DNA of 64,000 bases, taken from NCBI GenBank assembly GCA_964016885.1, contig OZ024754.1, positions 45,756,001 to 45,820,000 on the forward strand. The letters run 5' to 3'. Source of the DNA: Eledone cirrhosa. Its lineage: Eukaryota. Positions 46,117-61,080 of the stretch are shown here, piece after piece (position 1 is the stretch's first letter; every line of letters begins with the position of its first letter). The notes beneath the pieces were generated by a model. That model searched no databases and was not told the origin of the DNA. It saw only the letters and a program-made list of their open reading frames with translations. The translations under genes were made by a program, and so were the position numbers.

Positions 46117-47271
46117 TAAATTGTAAATTTTCCAATTTCAATTCCATACAGCAATTCCATCCACAGTAAATATTGAAGTAAAAATATTTGAATTCATTTT
46201 AAATATTACTGAAACAATTATTTTATTTTTTTACATTCTTTATTTTTTACTGTTTGGTGTGGCCGGGCAGTGTGGGTGGGCAGAGAGTAGTGTTCAAGAC
46301 ACCCGAGCATCACTGGAATGAACGAGGAAGCTATCATAAAACTTGAGAACTGATATAAAGGTTTTCAACAGAAAGGGCTCCGCTAAAGACACACAGGGGT
46401 GCTATAGGGCGGTGTTTAACAGAGTAACAAACAAATTAAGTATGATACAAAGCTATTTATTGACGGATGTCCTTCACTTTTGTCCTCTCATCGTCTCTCA
46501 ATCTCAGATTGATCACTTCTCATGCCTTCCTTTTCTCCCCTTTATGACTATATCACTCAATCTCGCTCTCTCTCTCCCTCTTCTCTCTCTCTCTCTCCCT
46601 CTTCTCTCTCTCTCTCTCCCTCTTCTCTCTCTCTCTCTCTTTTCTCTCTCTCTCTCGTTATCTATCTACCTATCTATCTATCTGTAATATCTATTTATCT
46701 ATCTGTAATATCTATCTATCTCTATCTACCTACCTATCTATCTACCTATCTATCTACCTACCTATCTATCTACCTACCTATCTATCTATCTATCTATATC
46801 TATCTATCTCTATATCTTTCTCTCTCAATCTGTCTCTTTATGTATCCATCTATCTTAAGTGTATGTAAATATATTTCTAGTTTTGTATTTTTCTTCTGTT
46901 TTCATAAGGTTTTTCTTAGTCAACACTTATTTTCGTTCTTTTCTTCTTTTTTTGTCTTTTCGCACACCTCTCAATTTTTTTTCCCTTATCGGGAAGAAAT
47001 CTTTATCTGATTGATAGAGTTTGGATATATCGTCTGAATCGCGCAGTGGTGAACGTTTGGCAAGCGACCAGAGGTTTATCGATAACGATGGCATTGATAA
47101 TATAGAGCTCAAATAACACCAGCAGCAGTATCATCATCAGCAATAGAGGCAGAAGTGACAGCAACAAAAATAACCAGAGGAGCAGAAAGAGAATTAAAAC
47201 GATACACAATCATAATCTTGATCAGCTTCACTATAATGTGATAAATGACATCATCACCATCATCACTGTCA

Positions 47272-47305
<34 letters not shown>

Positions 47306-47534
47306 CAACATCACCATCATCACCACCATCACATTTATTACTGCCACCAACAAGAACAGCAACAACACCATCATCACTGTCACAATCACAACCACTGCCA
47401 CCACCAACAACAACACCATCCCATCATCACTGTCACAAGCTTACCATCGCCATACACTGCCCATAACTATCGCAGCCATCTTAATCACCAATATAAATAA
47501 CAATAACTTAAATCCTCTATTTCAATGTATAATA

Positions 47535-47716
47535 ATAATAATGTTTTTCTGATTTAGTCACAAGCCAACACTTGTTTTTTGTTTTGGTAGGGGGAGGTGA
47601 AAGTTGAAACAATCCACCCTAGTGTATTACTGGTACTTTACTTTATCAACCTCGTAAGGATGAAAGGCAAAGCTAACTTAGAATTTGCCTTTCATCCTTA
47701 CGAGGTCGATAAAATA
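47535..47716 (-). mobile_element. SINE fragment ending in an internal fold-back of its core
   Basis: tttatcaacctcgtaaggatgaaaggcaaa-gctaacttagaa-tttgcctttcatccttacgaggtcgataaa (about 30 bp arms). Confidence 0.85.
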
Positions 47717-47935
47717 ATAATAATGGTCTTTGATTTAGGCACAAGGCCAGCAATTTGGAGAGATCGATAAGTCAGTGGTATCGATCTCACTATTTGACTG
47801 GCACATTATTTTAGAGATCCCAGTAGGGGGATAAGCAAAGTTAATCAAAGCTAGAACTAAAATCCGACTATAAATTACGACAGAAATATCCCAAAATATT
47901 TAACGGATGGTCTATCGATACTAACAAACTACCTT
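47717..47935 (-). mobile_element. Old diverged SINE copy
   Basis: Tail tgatttaggcacaaggccagcaattt and decayed core and head. Confidence 0.6.
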
Positions 47936-48124
47936 AATAATAATAATAGATATTGTAGTATGAAATCTACGTAGTAATATAATATAAATGTATAGATATA
48001 TGTGTGTGAGTATAAATATATAAAAAAAGGAACGATCGACTTTCGTCAAATCGGACCGAGGGAACAATGTTTCCGTTGGTCTTTCCAATTGCTAATACTA
48101 TCTATCGGTCGCAACTCCAGGTAG

Positions 48125-48244
48125 AAGGAGCAACGTGAAATAAAGTGTCTTGCACAAGGACATAACGCATCGCCTGGTCCAGGAATCGAACTCACAACCT
48201 TACGATTGCGAATCCAATTCTCTAACCACTCAGCCACACGCCTT
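48125..48244 (-). mobile_element. CORE-type tRNA-derived SINE (Octopus OR-like), 5' part
   Basis: Minus strand: ggcgtgtggctgagtggttag (A-box) ... gagttcgattcc (B-box) ... gtccttgtgcaagacactttatttcacgttgctc (CORE-like domain). Confidence 0.8.
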
Positions 48245-48442
48245 CACCAAATATACATATATATATGCATATATATGTATAAATAAATATATAGGTGTAA
48301 GTATATATACATATGTATTTCTTATATAAATATACATATATATATTTATATAAATATATATATATATATATGTATATATAATATATATATATAATATATA
48401 TATAATATATATATATAATATATATATATATATAATATATAT

Positions 48443-48532
<90 letters not shown>

Positions 48533-48571
48533 GATATTAATAAATGGAAACTATATTTATAAAACCATATT

Positions 48572-48636
48572 TATTTCATTATATATATTTCAAGGATACC
48601 AAGTTACATTATGGTATGCCTTCATCAGACAAAATA
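48572..48636 (-). ncRNA. Type I hammerhead ribozyme, structurally complete
   Basis: Minus strand: tattttgt-CTGATGA-aggcatacca(taatgtaact)tggtatcctt-GAAA-tatata-TA/atgaaata. 8 bp stem I with 2 G-U pairs, 10 bp stem II with one mismatch, palindromic stem III ATATATAT, AUA triplet. Lies in a 185 bp island (48531-48714) between TA arrays. Confidence 0.82.
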
Positions 48637-48713
48637 CAATATATAACAGTTTTATAAATAGACATTGACGTACCCCTTTTAAAAAATTGACCGTTGTTTT
48701 TGGAGACCATCAG

Positions 48714-49246
<533 letters not shown>

Positions 49247-49371
49247 AAGAGAGAAGGGGGAGTAAGATATGACAAGAAATGTGATGGTGGCAAAGGCTGC
49301 TTCTGCAATATTAAGTAGGAGCATGATGTAATGTCGAATAAGACTTACTAGAACAACTAATATCCCTTAAA

Positions 49372-49639
49372 TAGTGAAAACGTGGTTCTGACAGCCACAG
49401 AATAATTTACTTTCACAACAGGCTGCTTTCTTCGAGCAACGCAGAATCTATTGCAAAATTATTCATTACATATCAATGTTTTGTATGCAAAATGGTAACC
49501 CAGTTATAGACACGAAATTGTCGCATATGTCTCTACATACATTTACACACACACATATGTATATATATATATATCTTCATGCTTACACACAGTTTTATAT
49601 ATGTCTATGCTTAAATATTGTTTCGCACATATATATGCT

Positions 49640-49702
<63 letters not shown>

Positions 49703-50022
49703 TTCGCTCGAAATGAATGGAACCATATATATATAGGTAGTATATAAATACATATATATATATATCTAACCCTCTCTCTCTCTCTGTATATATATGATAG
49801 ATAGATGGATGGATCGGTAGATAGGTAGGAGGATAGATAGAGCGATAGAGAGATAGAGAGATAGACATATGCGACAATTTCGTGTCCATAACACAGTTAT
49901 CAATTTGCATACAAAATATTGAAATGAGAAGAAGAATTTTGCAATATATTCAGAGTTTGTTAAAGAGTGCTGCCTGTTGTGAAAGTAAATTGTTATTTGG
50001 CTGTCAAAGCCAGAATTCCACT
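49372..50022. repeat. Diverged ~160 bp inverted repeat pair (49372-49533 / 49862-50022) around a microsatellite spacer
   Basis: gacacgaaattgtcgcatatgtct versus agacatatgcgacaatttcgtgtc; aatttactttcacaacaggc versus gcctgttgtgaaagtaaatt. Confidence 0.88.
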
Positions 50023-50229
50023 CTTTGGAGTGTATATGTAAGTGTATATACATATATATATATATATATATTATAAATAGATAGATAGATATAAATATAT
50101 ATAGATACATATATATATATATATATACATATATTTATAGATATAGATATATATATGTATAAGTGTGTGTGTGTATATATGTATGTACATATATCTGCAT
50201 GTGTATGTATGTACATTTGCACTTATATA

Positions 50230-50276
<47 letters not shown>

Positions 50277-51194
50277 TAATTCCTTCATCTCTAAAGTCAA
50301 TCTCGGAAAGATCAGTTCTCTCAGATGATTAGATATTTGAGTGTGTCAGATTTATTTTGTAGCTTTGATCTCGATATTGGACATGTCGTGTATTTCTGAT
50401 TTTTCCTGCAATATTACTGCAGTGCACTTGATCCTGCATTTAGTGCATCCCCTCTTTTGAAAATCTGCTGTTATCTGAAATACTATACACTGTCCAAACA
50501 AATTTGGGCAACATGGGACGTTTGTTGTTCTATATTTCTTCTGCTTCAACACGCAGCCTGTCATTCCGACATCTATATTCCGCTTGCTGAGTGTTGACTC
50601 ATTCCGGGCCAGTATCTTCGCCATCATGCATTCATTGGTAGAGTAATGGGGAGGATAATCTTTATCTTGCTATATTAAGGTTGATTGAGGTTATGATTGT
50701 GTACATATATATTTCTACAACTATTTCTCCGATTGTATATAATACTGTTACTTTTGCTGCTGTTATATGTGCAGTAAACATTCACATAATCTCGATTGTT
50801 GCTCGTCTGTTATCCACCGATTCTGTAGGTTCATTGCTGTTGGTAGATTGTTTGACACCACTCGAAGAACAACAATTGGTGCGAAAAAAAATTCCAATAT
50901 CTAAAGTTCAAATCATTTACACGGCTAATTTGACAGAAGCCACTTTACTCCGGAATTTCCTCTATCCAAACACTATGAGGTTCGCCTTCCTGTTCCTTTA
51001 TCTTGCATTGGTCGGATCTCGGTTTGCATCATGTGGAGTCATTATTTTCCTTTTTTCACATTCTCGGGTTAGTCATAAATGCGCGAACCAGATTTATAGT
51101 CCTACCGATATATTGAACTCTATATTCTGAAGTATTGAGTACTTTATACAGTATGTAAATTCCATCTTCATAAGAATAAGCAAACACGAGTATA

Positions 51195-51262
<68 letters not shown>

Positions 51263-51527
51263 GAGATAGATATATAGATAGATAGATAGATAGATATAGG
51301 CAATTAGTAAAATGCAGTCAACATATCATTTATAAACCCATAAATAAAACATGTGATTTATAAAAAAATATATTTAATTCTTCATTGTATTGAGTAATTC
51401 GTGAAGTGTGTGAAAATATATATGTACATATGTAAGTATGTATGTATATCCCTGTGTAAGTATGTATGTATGGATATATCTAAACACGTATTTATACACG
51501 TATGTATTTGTATATACAAATGCATAC

Positions 51528-51704
<177 letters not shown>

Positions 51705-52336
51705 TATATATATATATATATATATAAATTATATATATATATATACATTATATATATATATATATACATTATATTTATACAAATTGAATATCCCTTTCTT
51801 TTGCTTATATATACATTATATATATAACAAGTTGGTAAAACGCGGCCATCCATTTTCCATATCGAGCTAAAGTAAGAAATAATGAAGCAAATGTCCCCGA
51901 GTTTTCAGTGAAACTTTGCCTTTCAATTAAATCATCCCTAGACAATATGTCTGCCGTGCATGAATCATAAACACTCCACTTAGAGTCAACAGTATATGTC
52001 CTCTGTGGATACAATTGATGAAACTTTTTATCGTATATTAATAGCTTTGTATCATACTTGTTAGTGACTCGACCATTCTAACTTACTAAATACCATATAT
52101 GTATGTATATTAATATTACTGGTAATATACATCATATACGTATATGTGGATGTGAGCGTGTGTATGTATTTGTTCCTATATATAATATATGGATTATATA
52201 TATGAATCTATATATAATTATATATATATATTATAAGTAGTATAAATATATAATATATATAATATATATATATAATATACATATATAATATATAATGTAT
52301 ATTATATATTATATATATAATATATAATATATATAT

Positions 52337-52376
<40 letters not shown>

Positions 52377-53007
52377 CATATATAATATATATGTATATTA
52401 TATATTATATACATAATATATAATATACATTATAAAACTCTTTTTTAAAAGAATTGTCCCTTTCCTTTTTTCACTAATCAAAGAAAGGAAAAAAAAAGAA
52501 TAACAGACCCTTAAATATATTTTCCGTACTATTTCCAACTTCAATTTTTTCTATAATATAAAATATACATTATATTTATATAAATATATATCGACAGTCG
52601 TTAGGGCATGGCTTATGTTAGTAGTTCATATCCCACCATGGTCGCTTTAGCGTTGTTAAAATAAAAACTAGAGTGGTTGATTATCAGGAATTTTGAAAGG
52701 TTGGACGATATACTTTGCGGTACTATCTCAGACCCTTTGCACATATTCAGCTCATATCTCGTAGTCCTCATCCGTTGGTTGGTATAACATCACAAATTTT
52801 AGATTATGGTAAAAGAGATTTGCAATATCTTAGTGGTTAAAACACAGGCTCAGTACCCGTGAATGGCAAGGTTTGGTTCCTTCAACCACTAACAGTTGAG
52901 TTTGTCCGTCTCAACTATATTTTTTAATGACTATAATTACTAAGTTCGTTTGTGTTCGAACACATTGGAAATTTTATGTAAATTGAGTAATGCTTTCGAA
53001 TCAAATA

Positions 53008-53009
<2 letters not shown>

Positions 53010-53043
<34 letters not shown>

Positions 53044-53271
53044 CTATCTTACATGTATCTTACTTGTATATGTATTATATATATATATATATGTGTGTGT
53101 GAGTGTGTGTGCGTGTATGTATATAATTATGCGTACGTATGTATATACGTATATGTATATATATATGAATTTATAGCTATGTATATGTATGTATATATAT
53201 ATGTATATATATGTGTGTGTGTATATGTATATATATATATATATATATTTATACATGTGTGTGTGTGTATA

Positions 53272-53302
<31 letters not shown>

Positions 53303-53492
53303 CTGTATATATATATATGTGTGTGTGTATATATATGTATATATACATATATATATATGTGTATATATATATATATATGTGTGTGTGTATATATATATAT
53401 GTATATATACATATATATATATATGTATATATATGTGTGTATATATATATATATATGCATATATATATGTATATATATGTGTGTGTGTGTAT
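53010..53492. repeat. Compound TA/TG microsatellite
   Basis: Direct reading. Confidence 0.95.
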
Positions 53493-54664
53493 ACTTTAGT
53501 GCTGGATGTTACATCATAACTAACACCAATTAACGTCATATAGATTTACGTCTATCGTAAACTTCAGAAGCTTTTAAAGACGCTTTCTTTCTATACTTTT
53601 ATTATGTGGATATTTTATATGCTGCCGCGTTATGATCCTACTGTCGCCTTTGATATTCATACATGCGTCACATATTTTCCATCCTTCTTCTTTGATTATA
53701 TCGCAATGCATTCACTATGAAATATGCTGTAATTCTTTTTTTTTATAATATACGTTCCTACGACGCTCGCCTTTCAGATTTTGTAACATCATTACCAAAT
53801 TCTTCATCAGAATTTTCACTACCATCATCATCCTCGTTATCATCACTATATATAACTATATATGTAATGTGTGTGTGTGTATATATATATATATGTGTGT
53901 ATACATATATGTATATAAATACATATACCTATATGTGTGTATTTATATATATATATATATATGTATATAAATACATATACCTATATGTGTATATATATGT
54001 ATGTATATATGCATACATATATGAAATTGTTGGTTGGGTGGCATAAAGGAAAGTAAAAGAAATGCAATATAGGAAAATATTGATTACTTGGTCTAAGATT
54101 AAATATTAATAAGTTAGAACCTTAGGCAACCACATTAAATAATCAACATACATACAAACATACATACATGTACACAAACATACATGCACACATACATATA
54201 TGCATACATACATATGTACATGCATGGCTGCCCAGTCTTTTAGAACATTTGCAAGAATTAGTAAAAGACGCATAAATCTTGTGTGAAAATCTTTATCTGT
54301 CATTTCTTCTGTTGATCTTTTGGTCCTGATCTAAGTTTTTCTCATCAGTAAATAAAACATTTCAAACTTTTGATGTTTAACCTTGCTCAAAAATCATTTT
54401 GAGAATTTCAGATCACCGTCACCATTATCTGAAAGAAATTGATCAGAACAAATTTTTTAAAAAGATTTAGAGCTATTAAAGGACATGTCCTGAAAAACTG
54501 AGTAACCCTATTTTTCTTTTTTTTTGGGGGGGGGGTGTTTCTTGTTGATTTTTCCTAAATTATGAATTAATATTCAAAAGGACTGCTACATTTGAAACCA
54601 AATGAATTCTAAGATTCCTTGGTAACATCGATGCTAGTCTTGTATTAGTCAATAGAGATATAAT

Positions 54665-54860
54665 TCTGGAATTTGCCAAACGTCTTTTATCTGAGTTCAA
54701 ATCCCTTCGAGGACAACAGTGACTGTCTTTCATCTTTATCTGGTCAAACAAAAAATACCATTCCAGTACTGGGATCATTTCCTCCCCTTTATCTCTTCTC
54801 AAACTCTCCCACTCTCTCTCTCTCTCCCCTGGAAAAAAGTCGTATTCAAACCTAAAGATA
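54665..54860 (+). mobile_element. Old diverged SINE copy
   Basis: ctgagttcaaatccc..cgagg...gactgtctttcatcttt...ccagtactgggatc. Confidence 0.6.
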
Positions 54861-56344
54861 TGTGGGATCTGTCAGTTTTAATAAACCCAAGAATAAGTCA
54901 TTACGGTACTTTTGCGACTCCATATTAAATTATCATTTCATGCACACCACATTTCTGATCTCCATTCGAGGGCAGACGAAGGGAATCTTCCCGCAGTGCA
55001 GTTTGTATGTAAGAAGTTCAATCTTAAGCAGGTTCCAATTGGATTTACTTACTCTGGTAAACGATTGATAGATAACTTGGACGTTGAAAGACCATACAGT
55101 CGTCTTTATCTATTGCTTTCATGTTCTAGAAAAGATTCCTGTATGTTCTCTTCTGCATCTGGGATTAACTCCCATATATGCGTGTGTGAGTGCGTGTGTA
55201 TGTGTGTCTGAGTGGCTGTGTGTTTATCTGTGTACGTGTGTCTGTCTGAGTGAGTGTGGGGAGACTTTAAGTGCATTCATGTACCTATCTATATGCATAG
55301 ATACATGAGTCGAGTAACCATAATGTGGAAAATTATATGTATTAAAGTATATATTTTAGCAATTCATATGTATATATTGGAATATATTAAAGTGATTGTA
55401 TGTGATTGTGTGGGTATGTGCTCACACTACACACACGGACATACATACACATACACACATATACACATATACACACACACATACATAAAACATGCATACA
55501 TAGACAGATACATACATATATATGTATGTGTGTATGTGTGTGTATATATATTTATATATATATACAGAGAGAGAGACAGAGAGAGATTTAATTCAATATA
55601 GATTTTTCCCCCATTGTTTATGTGGATATGCGTATGCATGCCGCAAGGTTTCTTTTGATGAAACAACAAAGAATAGTATTGAAGTAAATACTGGTAGTTA
55701 ATTATAGATGAATTCTTGGCCAGAAGCTAAGATAAGTTCGAGGCGTGTTTTACCTGGGAAATGTAACAATAACAATGATATTAAGAAGAAGACGAAGGGG
55801 GTTCATGGCCGCCACGGTTGAGGTGTGTATGATGTACGCATTAACTCAAACCTACGAGCTTCATATTATGATGTTGTTATTTTGATTTTTTGTTATTGTT
55901 GTTACATAATACCAGTTTTTTATGTGTTTTATATTCACAGTTGCTAGGGAGTTAAGATTTCAACATGGACGGCAGTCTCAACAACTCTGCAGCTGCGCAG
56001 TTCTTTGTTTGGCAACTGAGAGACTCTCATGTCACTAGATTCGAATTGAAACATACTTAAACATTCGTTTACACAATTATTTAGTTAATATTTATTTAAA
56101 GAAGGTTATTAATAATAGAAACCAACATATAACGTAATATATCTAACCTCCAGGTTATAATGCCACCCGCGCCCTCTGACGAGCATTTTGGCTTTCTCTC
56201 GTCTTGTTAAAAATCACTGAGAAATATATCTTGTAAGGCACCTAATCTCTCTCTCTCTCTTTCTTATAAAGGCATATATATATACTGTATATATATATAT
56301 ACATAAACATATAAATGCACGCGCGTGTGTGTACATGCATATGA

Positions 56345-56375
<31 letters not shown>

Positions 56376-56382
56376 TGTAAAT

Positions 56383-56422
<40 letters not shown>

Positions 56423-56538
56423 GTATATATATATATGTATATATATATATAGGTGTGTGTGTGTGTTCCTGTGTCAGTGCAAAAGACTGTATCTGCGTGT
56501 GTGTATACAGATGTCGAGAAAAATAGAGATAGTATGCG

Positions 56539-56592
<54 letters not shown>

Positions 56593-56763
56593 AATACTTG
56601 AAGACTGCCTAAGTATATAAATTACAATGTAGAGTCAGTATAGTTGTAGGAAATATGTATAAATGAGGTAAAGTTGGACATAAGTTTTAACAATTCTTGT
56701 AAGTAGTCTATCATAATAATTGTACCCTTTTTCCAGTTTTATTCATCGCTTTTCTCTCTCTCG

Positions 56764-56841
<78 letters not shown>

Positions 56842-56958
56842 ATACATCTTACAGTCACACATTTATACATACATACATACGTATATATATGTACATATAT
56901 ATTTATGTGTGTGTACACATCTTACAGTCACACATATATACAGATATACATACATATA

Positions 56959-56991
<33 letters not shown>

Positions 56992-57626
56992 GTATATATA
57001 TATGTATTTATATATATATACATGCATATATATATATGTATATATATATGTATTTATATATATATATATATATATTTATTTATTTATAAACATTAGATAG
57101 ATAGATGAGAGGGCAAAAGTAGGAGAATAGGCAGGCTGCTAGTTAGATCGGATATATATTAAAAACAAACGTGGACACGTTTGTCGATAAATCTCTTCAA
57201 TTCTTTTTCTTTTTCATGTACAAATGTAAGTGCGTGTTTTGTACAGTTGCATACTTCCAACTCAATCTGTGTAGAAATGTATATATATATATGTATCTAT
57301 GTGTCTGTAACTGTGGCTCTGTGTATTCTCTACATGTATATGTGTATGGGAGCCGGTTGACCTCAACTGCAAGTCGTAAAAAGAAACGTAGAAAAAAAAT
57401 GTATGAAAATATTTTGAAGAAATCCATGAGAAGAAATAAATCATTTATTTAAGTGTGAAGGACGGAAATTCCATCAGCTATTTTTGATTGATGGAACCGT
57501 GTATAAATTACTATGGTTTTGTTTAATTTATTTTTATATGTTTTTCTCGGTAGGTGGCGTATATGAGAGAGTGCGGAATTTTATTTTTTCCTGTGCGTAT
57601 GTATATGTCTACGGATATCTGTATGT

Positions 57627-57668
<42 letters not shown>

Positions 57669-58639
57669 GCACTTGTCTACAAAGAGACGCACACGCACAT
57701 CTATATATATATATACGTGTAGGTGTGTCTGTATAAATATATACATACATGTATATGTGTGTGTGTGTATATGTGTATGTATATAAATCTGTATGCATAT
57801 ATATGTATGCATATATATATATATATGCTGTCAGGCATGTGTGATTATATATGTGTATGTTTTCTGTACGTCCTGTTTTGTTATGTTTTTTTCTAGAAAT
57901 GTCAGTTTTTCTGAGTCACCACAGTCAGTTCTGCTTTTGTTTATCTACTGATTTGCTTCTCTATTTGCTTATATCAGTTAAAATGTATACACCATAATAC
58001 TTTCTACTTTTCTTCTTCAAAATTGTTCCTGCTACTCTTGTTTGTCTAATGTTTTTTTGTGGTTGTTCATGTTGTTTTTGTGGTTTTTATTGTAGATGTA
58101 GAAGCATCAATAATGGAAATGTTGGGTTCGTTTTATTTTTTGTTGGGGGGAGGATGTTTTCTTTAGTCATAACAGAATTATATATATTTTACCTATGTTT
58201 CTTCTCTTCCTTTTGTAATGTTCCTTTTTTCTTAAAAATGATGTTATCAAGAATAGTAGCGTGTCAGAATGTACACGTGTCTAATTTCATTGTATAACCT
58301 TCTCCCATCCTTTCTGTACATAATTACCTTTTACATACTCCCCTAAATGACCGATCTCTATCACTCGTATGCTTCGATTGATTGATTCGATTGCATTATA
58401 TAAATGTTATTACCTCACGTAAAATATCCTTCATTGGAAAGACCAAGCATCGACCAAGAATCCTTAGCCTATTTAGTTTCCCTCATACACATACTGAGTT
58501 AAAATCCTGTTATTGTCTGCTTTCCTATCAGTTCTCTGATTTTAGCTGCAAAAGTAACCTCATACATGGTCCTCATCTCCTCGTCAGCCAACTCTTCTCA
58601 TTTAATCATGTAGGTCGAGCTGATACTGTTAGGTTCTTG

Positions 58640-59100
58640 ACTTTAGGTAATCTCAGGTTGCCGATAACTGAATAGTAATTAGTTGACAGCTCAATCCCTC
58701 ATTCGACACGAACATGCAGTAGAAATTAAAAGAGAACTGAGGCAATAAGATATTCAATTAACAGCTTCTGTCCTCGTCTTCCCTTACAACATTCATACTT
58801 AAGGTTAACTTCTGCAGGGAAAAGGTGTTCATAATAGAGAGCCCATTACTTGAACAAAATCTAATAATGGCTCTCGTTCGCATTTAGACCGGGATTGTCA
58901 GTCCCTTTAAACTTTACTTTCCATGTCAGTTGACCAGTGCCAACATCTGCATTAAAATCCCTCACAGGGTTATAATACTCTGCCTCAACTACAGCTATCG
59001 CTGAATTGACTTCATAAAGGAAACATCTGTTTTCAGTACCTTGTTTGGTGCATAAACTTGCACCATCCAGAGTACTTTCTCTCAGTTTCAGCCTCAAGAA
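58640..59100 (-). pseudogene. Decayed RTE-clade LINE AP-endonuclease region
   Basis: Minus strand: FLYEVNSA...RDFNADVG...TWK...NPGLNAN...FCSSNGLSIMNTF...LIEYLI...HVRV..GIELSTNY. Matches GDFNAHVG / FC..NGL.I.NTFF / ID / ELSTDH motifs. May extend to about 59500. Confidence 0.75.
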
Positions 59101-59753
59101 GGTAATACTCCCTTACAATAGGATTCTGCAATAGGATTTCGTATTTTCAGAATGACATCATTTTTGCACCTTTTATTGTTGGTGTTTTCTGATGTGCAAA
59201 AATCATTGGCATCGTTGTTTTTTCCTCATTAGATGTTAACAGATTTTGTAGAATGACGCAGTATGTTTGTTTTTATTACATTTAACAATATTGCAGTTTT
59301 TGATGGTCATCTTTGGTCAGTCAACAATTCGGTAATTTTCTTAGACCCGCGAAGACTAGGCTTTTACTGAAGTGGGAAAGATTTTGAGAGCTTATAGTGT
59401 CACTCATTGCTCCATTTCCCCAAGTAGCATAATGTTGTCTGATCAGAAGTTGTTTACACCCCCGGCAGAAGAACATTTATATCGCATCTTACCATCATAT
59501 CTAGTCATCATATTACTATCCACCACCTGCGATACGTTCAATAGCAGACAGCTTTACCAAAAATATACATATGTACATGTATATACAAATACATACATAG
59601 ATAGTTGAATATAGGTTTATATATACATACACACACTCACTCACTTACAATATTGATAGATATGTAAATAGATCTGAACTGAACACATATTCATATATAT
59701 GCAAATATCTATCTACATGATGTGATGCATATTTGCATCAGCCTTTTGGTGTT

Positions 59754-59806
<53 letters not shown>

Positions 59807-59976
59807 GAATGTATATATGGTTGTGTGTGTGTGTCTATCTATGAATCTATTGTCGTATTTACATTTCCACAGAGCTTGATTTGCATAAAACTTATGTTGT
59901 GTCAGATTTATCGATACAGCAACAATAAACGCCATTTCTATGCCGTCTTCGTTGACACCTTCACGTGTCATCTCTG

Positions 59977-60708
<732 letters not shown>

Positions 60709-61049
60709 TATAGTGAGCTAGTTAAGCAAGACTACGCTCCTGCTTTCTGCTTATATTCTATGAATCTTGTCATTCTGGTTATTTTACCTTCTGATATTAA
60801 ACAAATTATTGTTTCATTATATTTCCTGAAGAGACACGTCTTGGTGTAAAGCTCCTACGTGGAGTTACTTAACTCAGAATGTTAAGTTGTTCCTCAATAT
60901 TGGTGAATTTTTCTGGTTGCATTAAAACATTCGTTGGTGTATAATATATATAACCAACAATAATATTAATCCTTGTCCTTACTGAATTTTGTATTGTATA
61001 TATAACACACATACATAAATATATACATACATACATATGTGTGTGTACC

Positions 61050-61080
<31 letters not shown>

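Noticed and set aside
50330-51130. Complex sequence with 91 and 149 aa ORFs
   Set aside because: No recognisable domain or splice structure; needs a BLASTX search.
51830-52030. 69 aa minus-strand ORF faintly resembling a Penelope RT N-terminal region
   Set aside because: Similarity too vague to support.
55941-56060. Acceptor-like cacag followed by a 31-codon ORF (MDGSLNNS...)
   Set aside because: Short, with no donor site or homology support.
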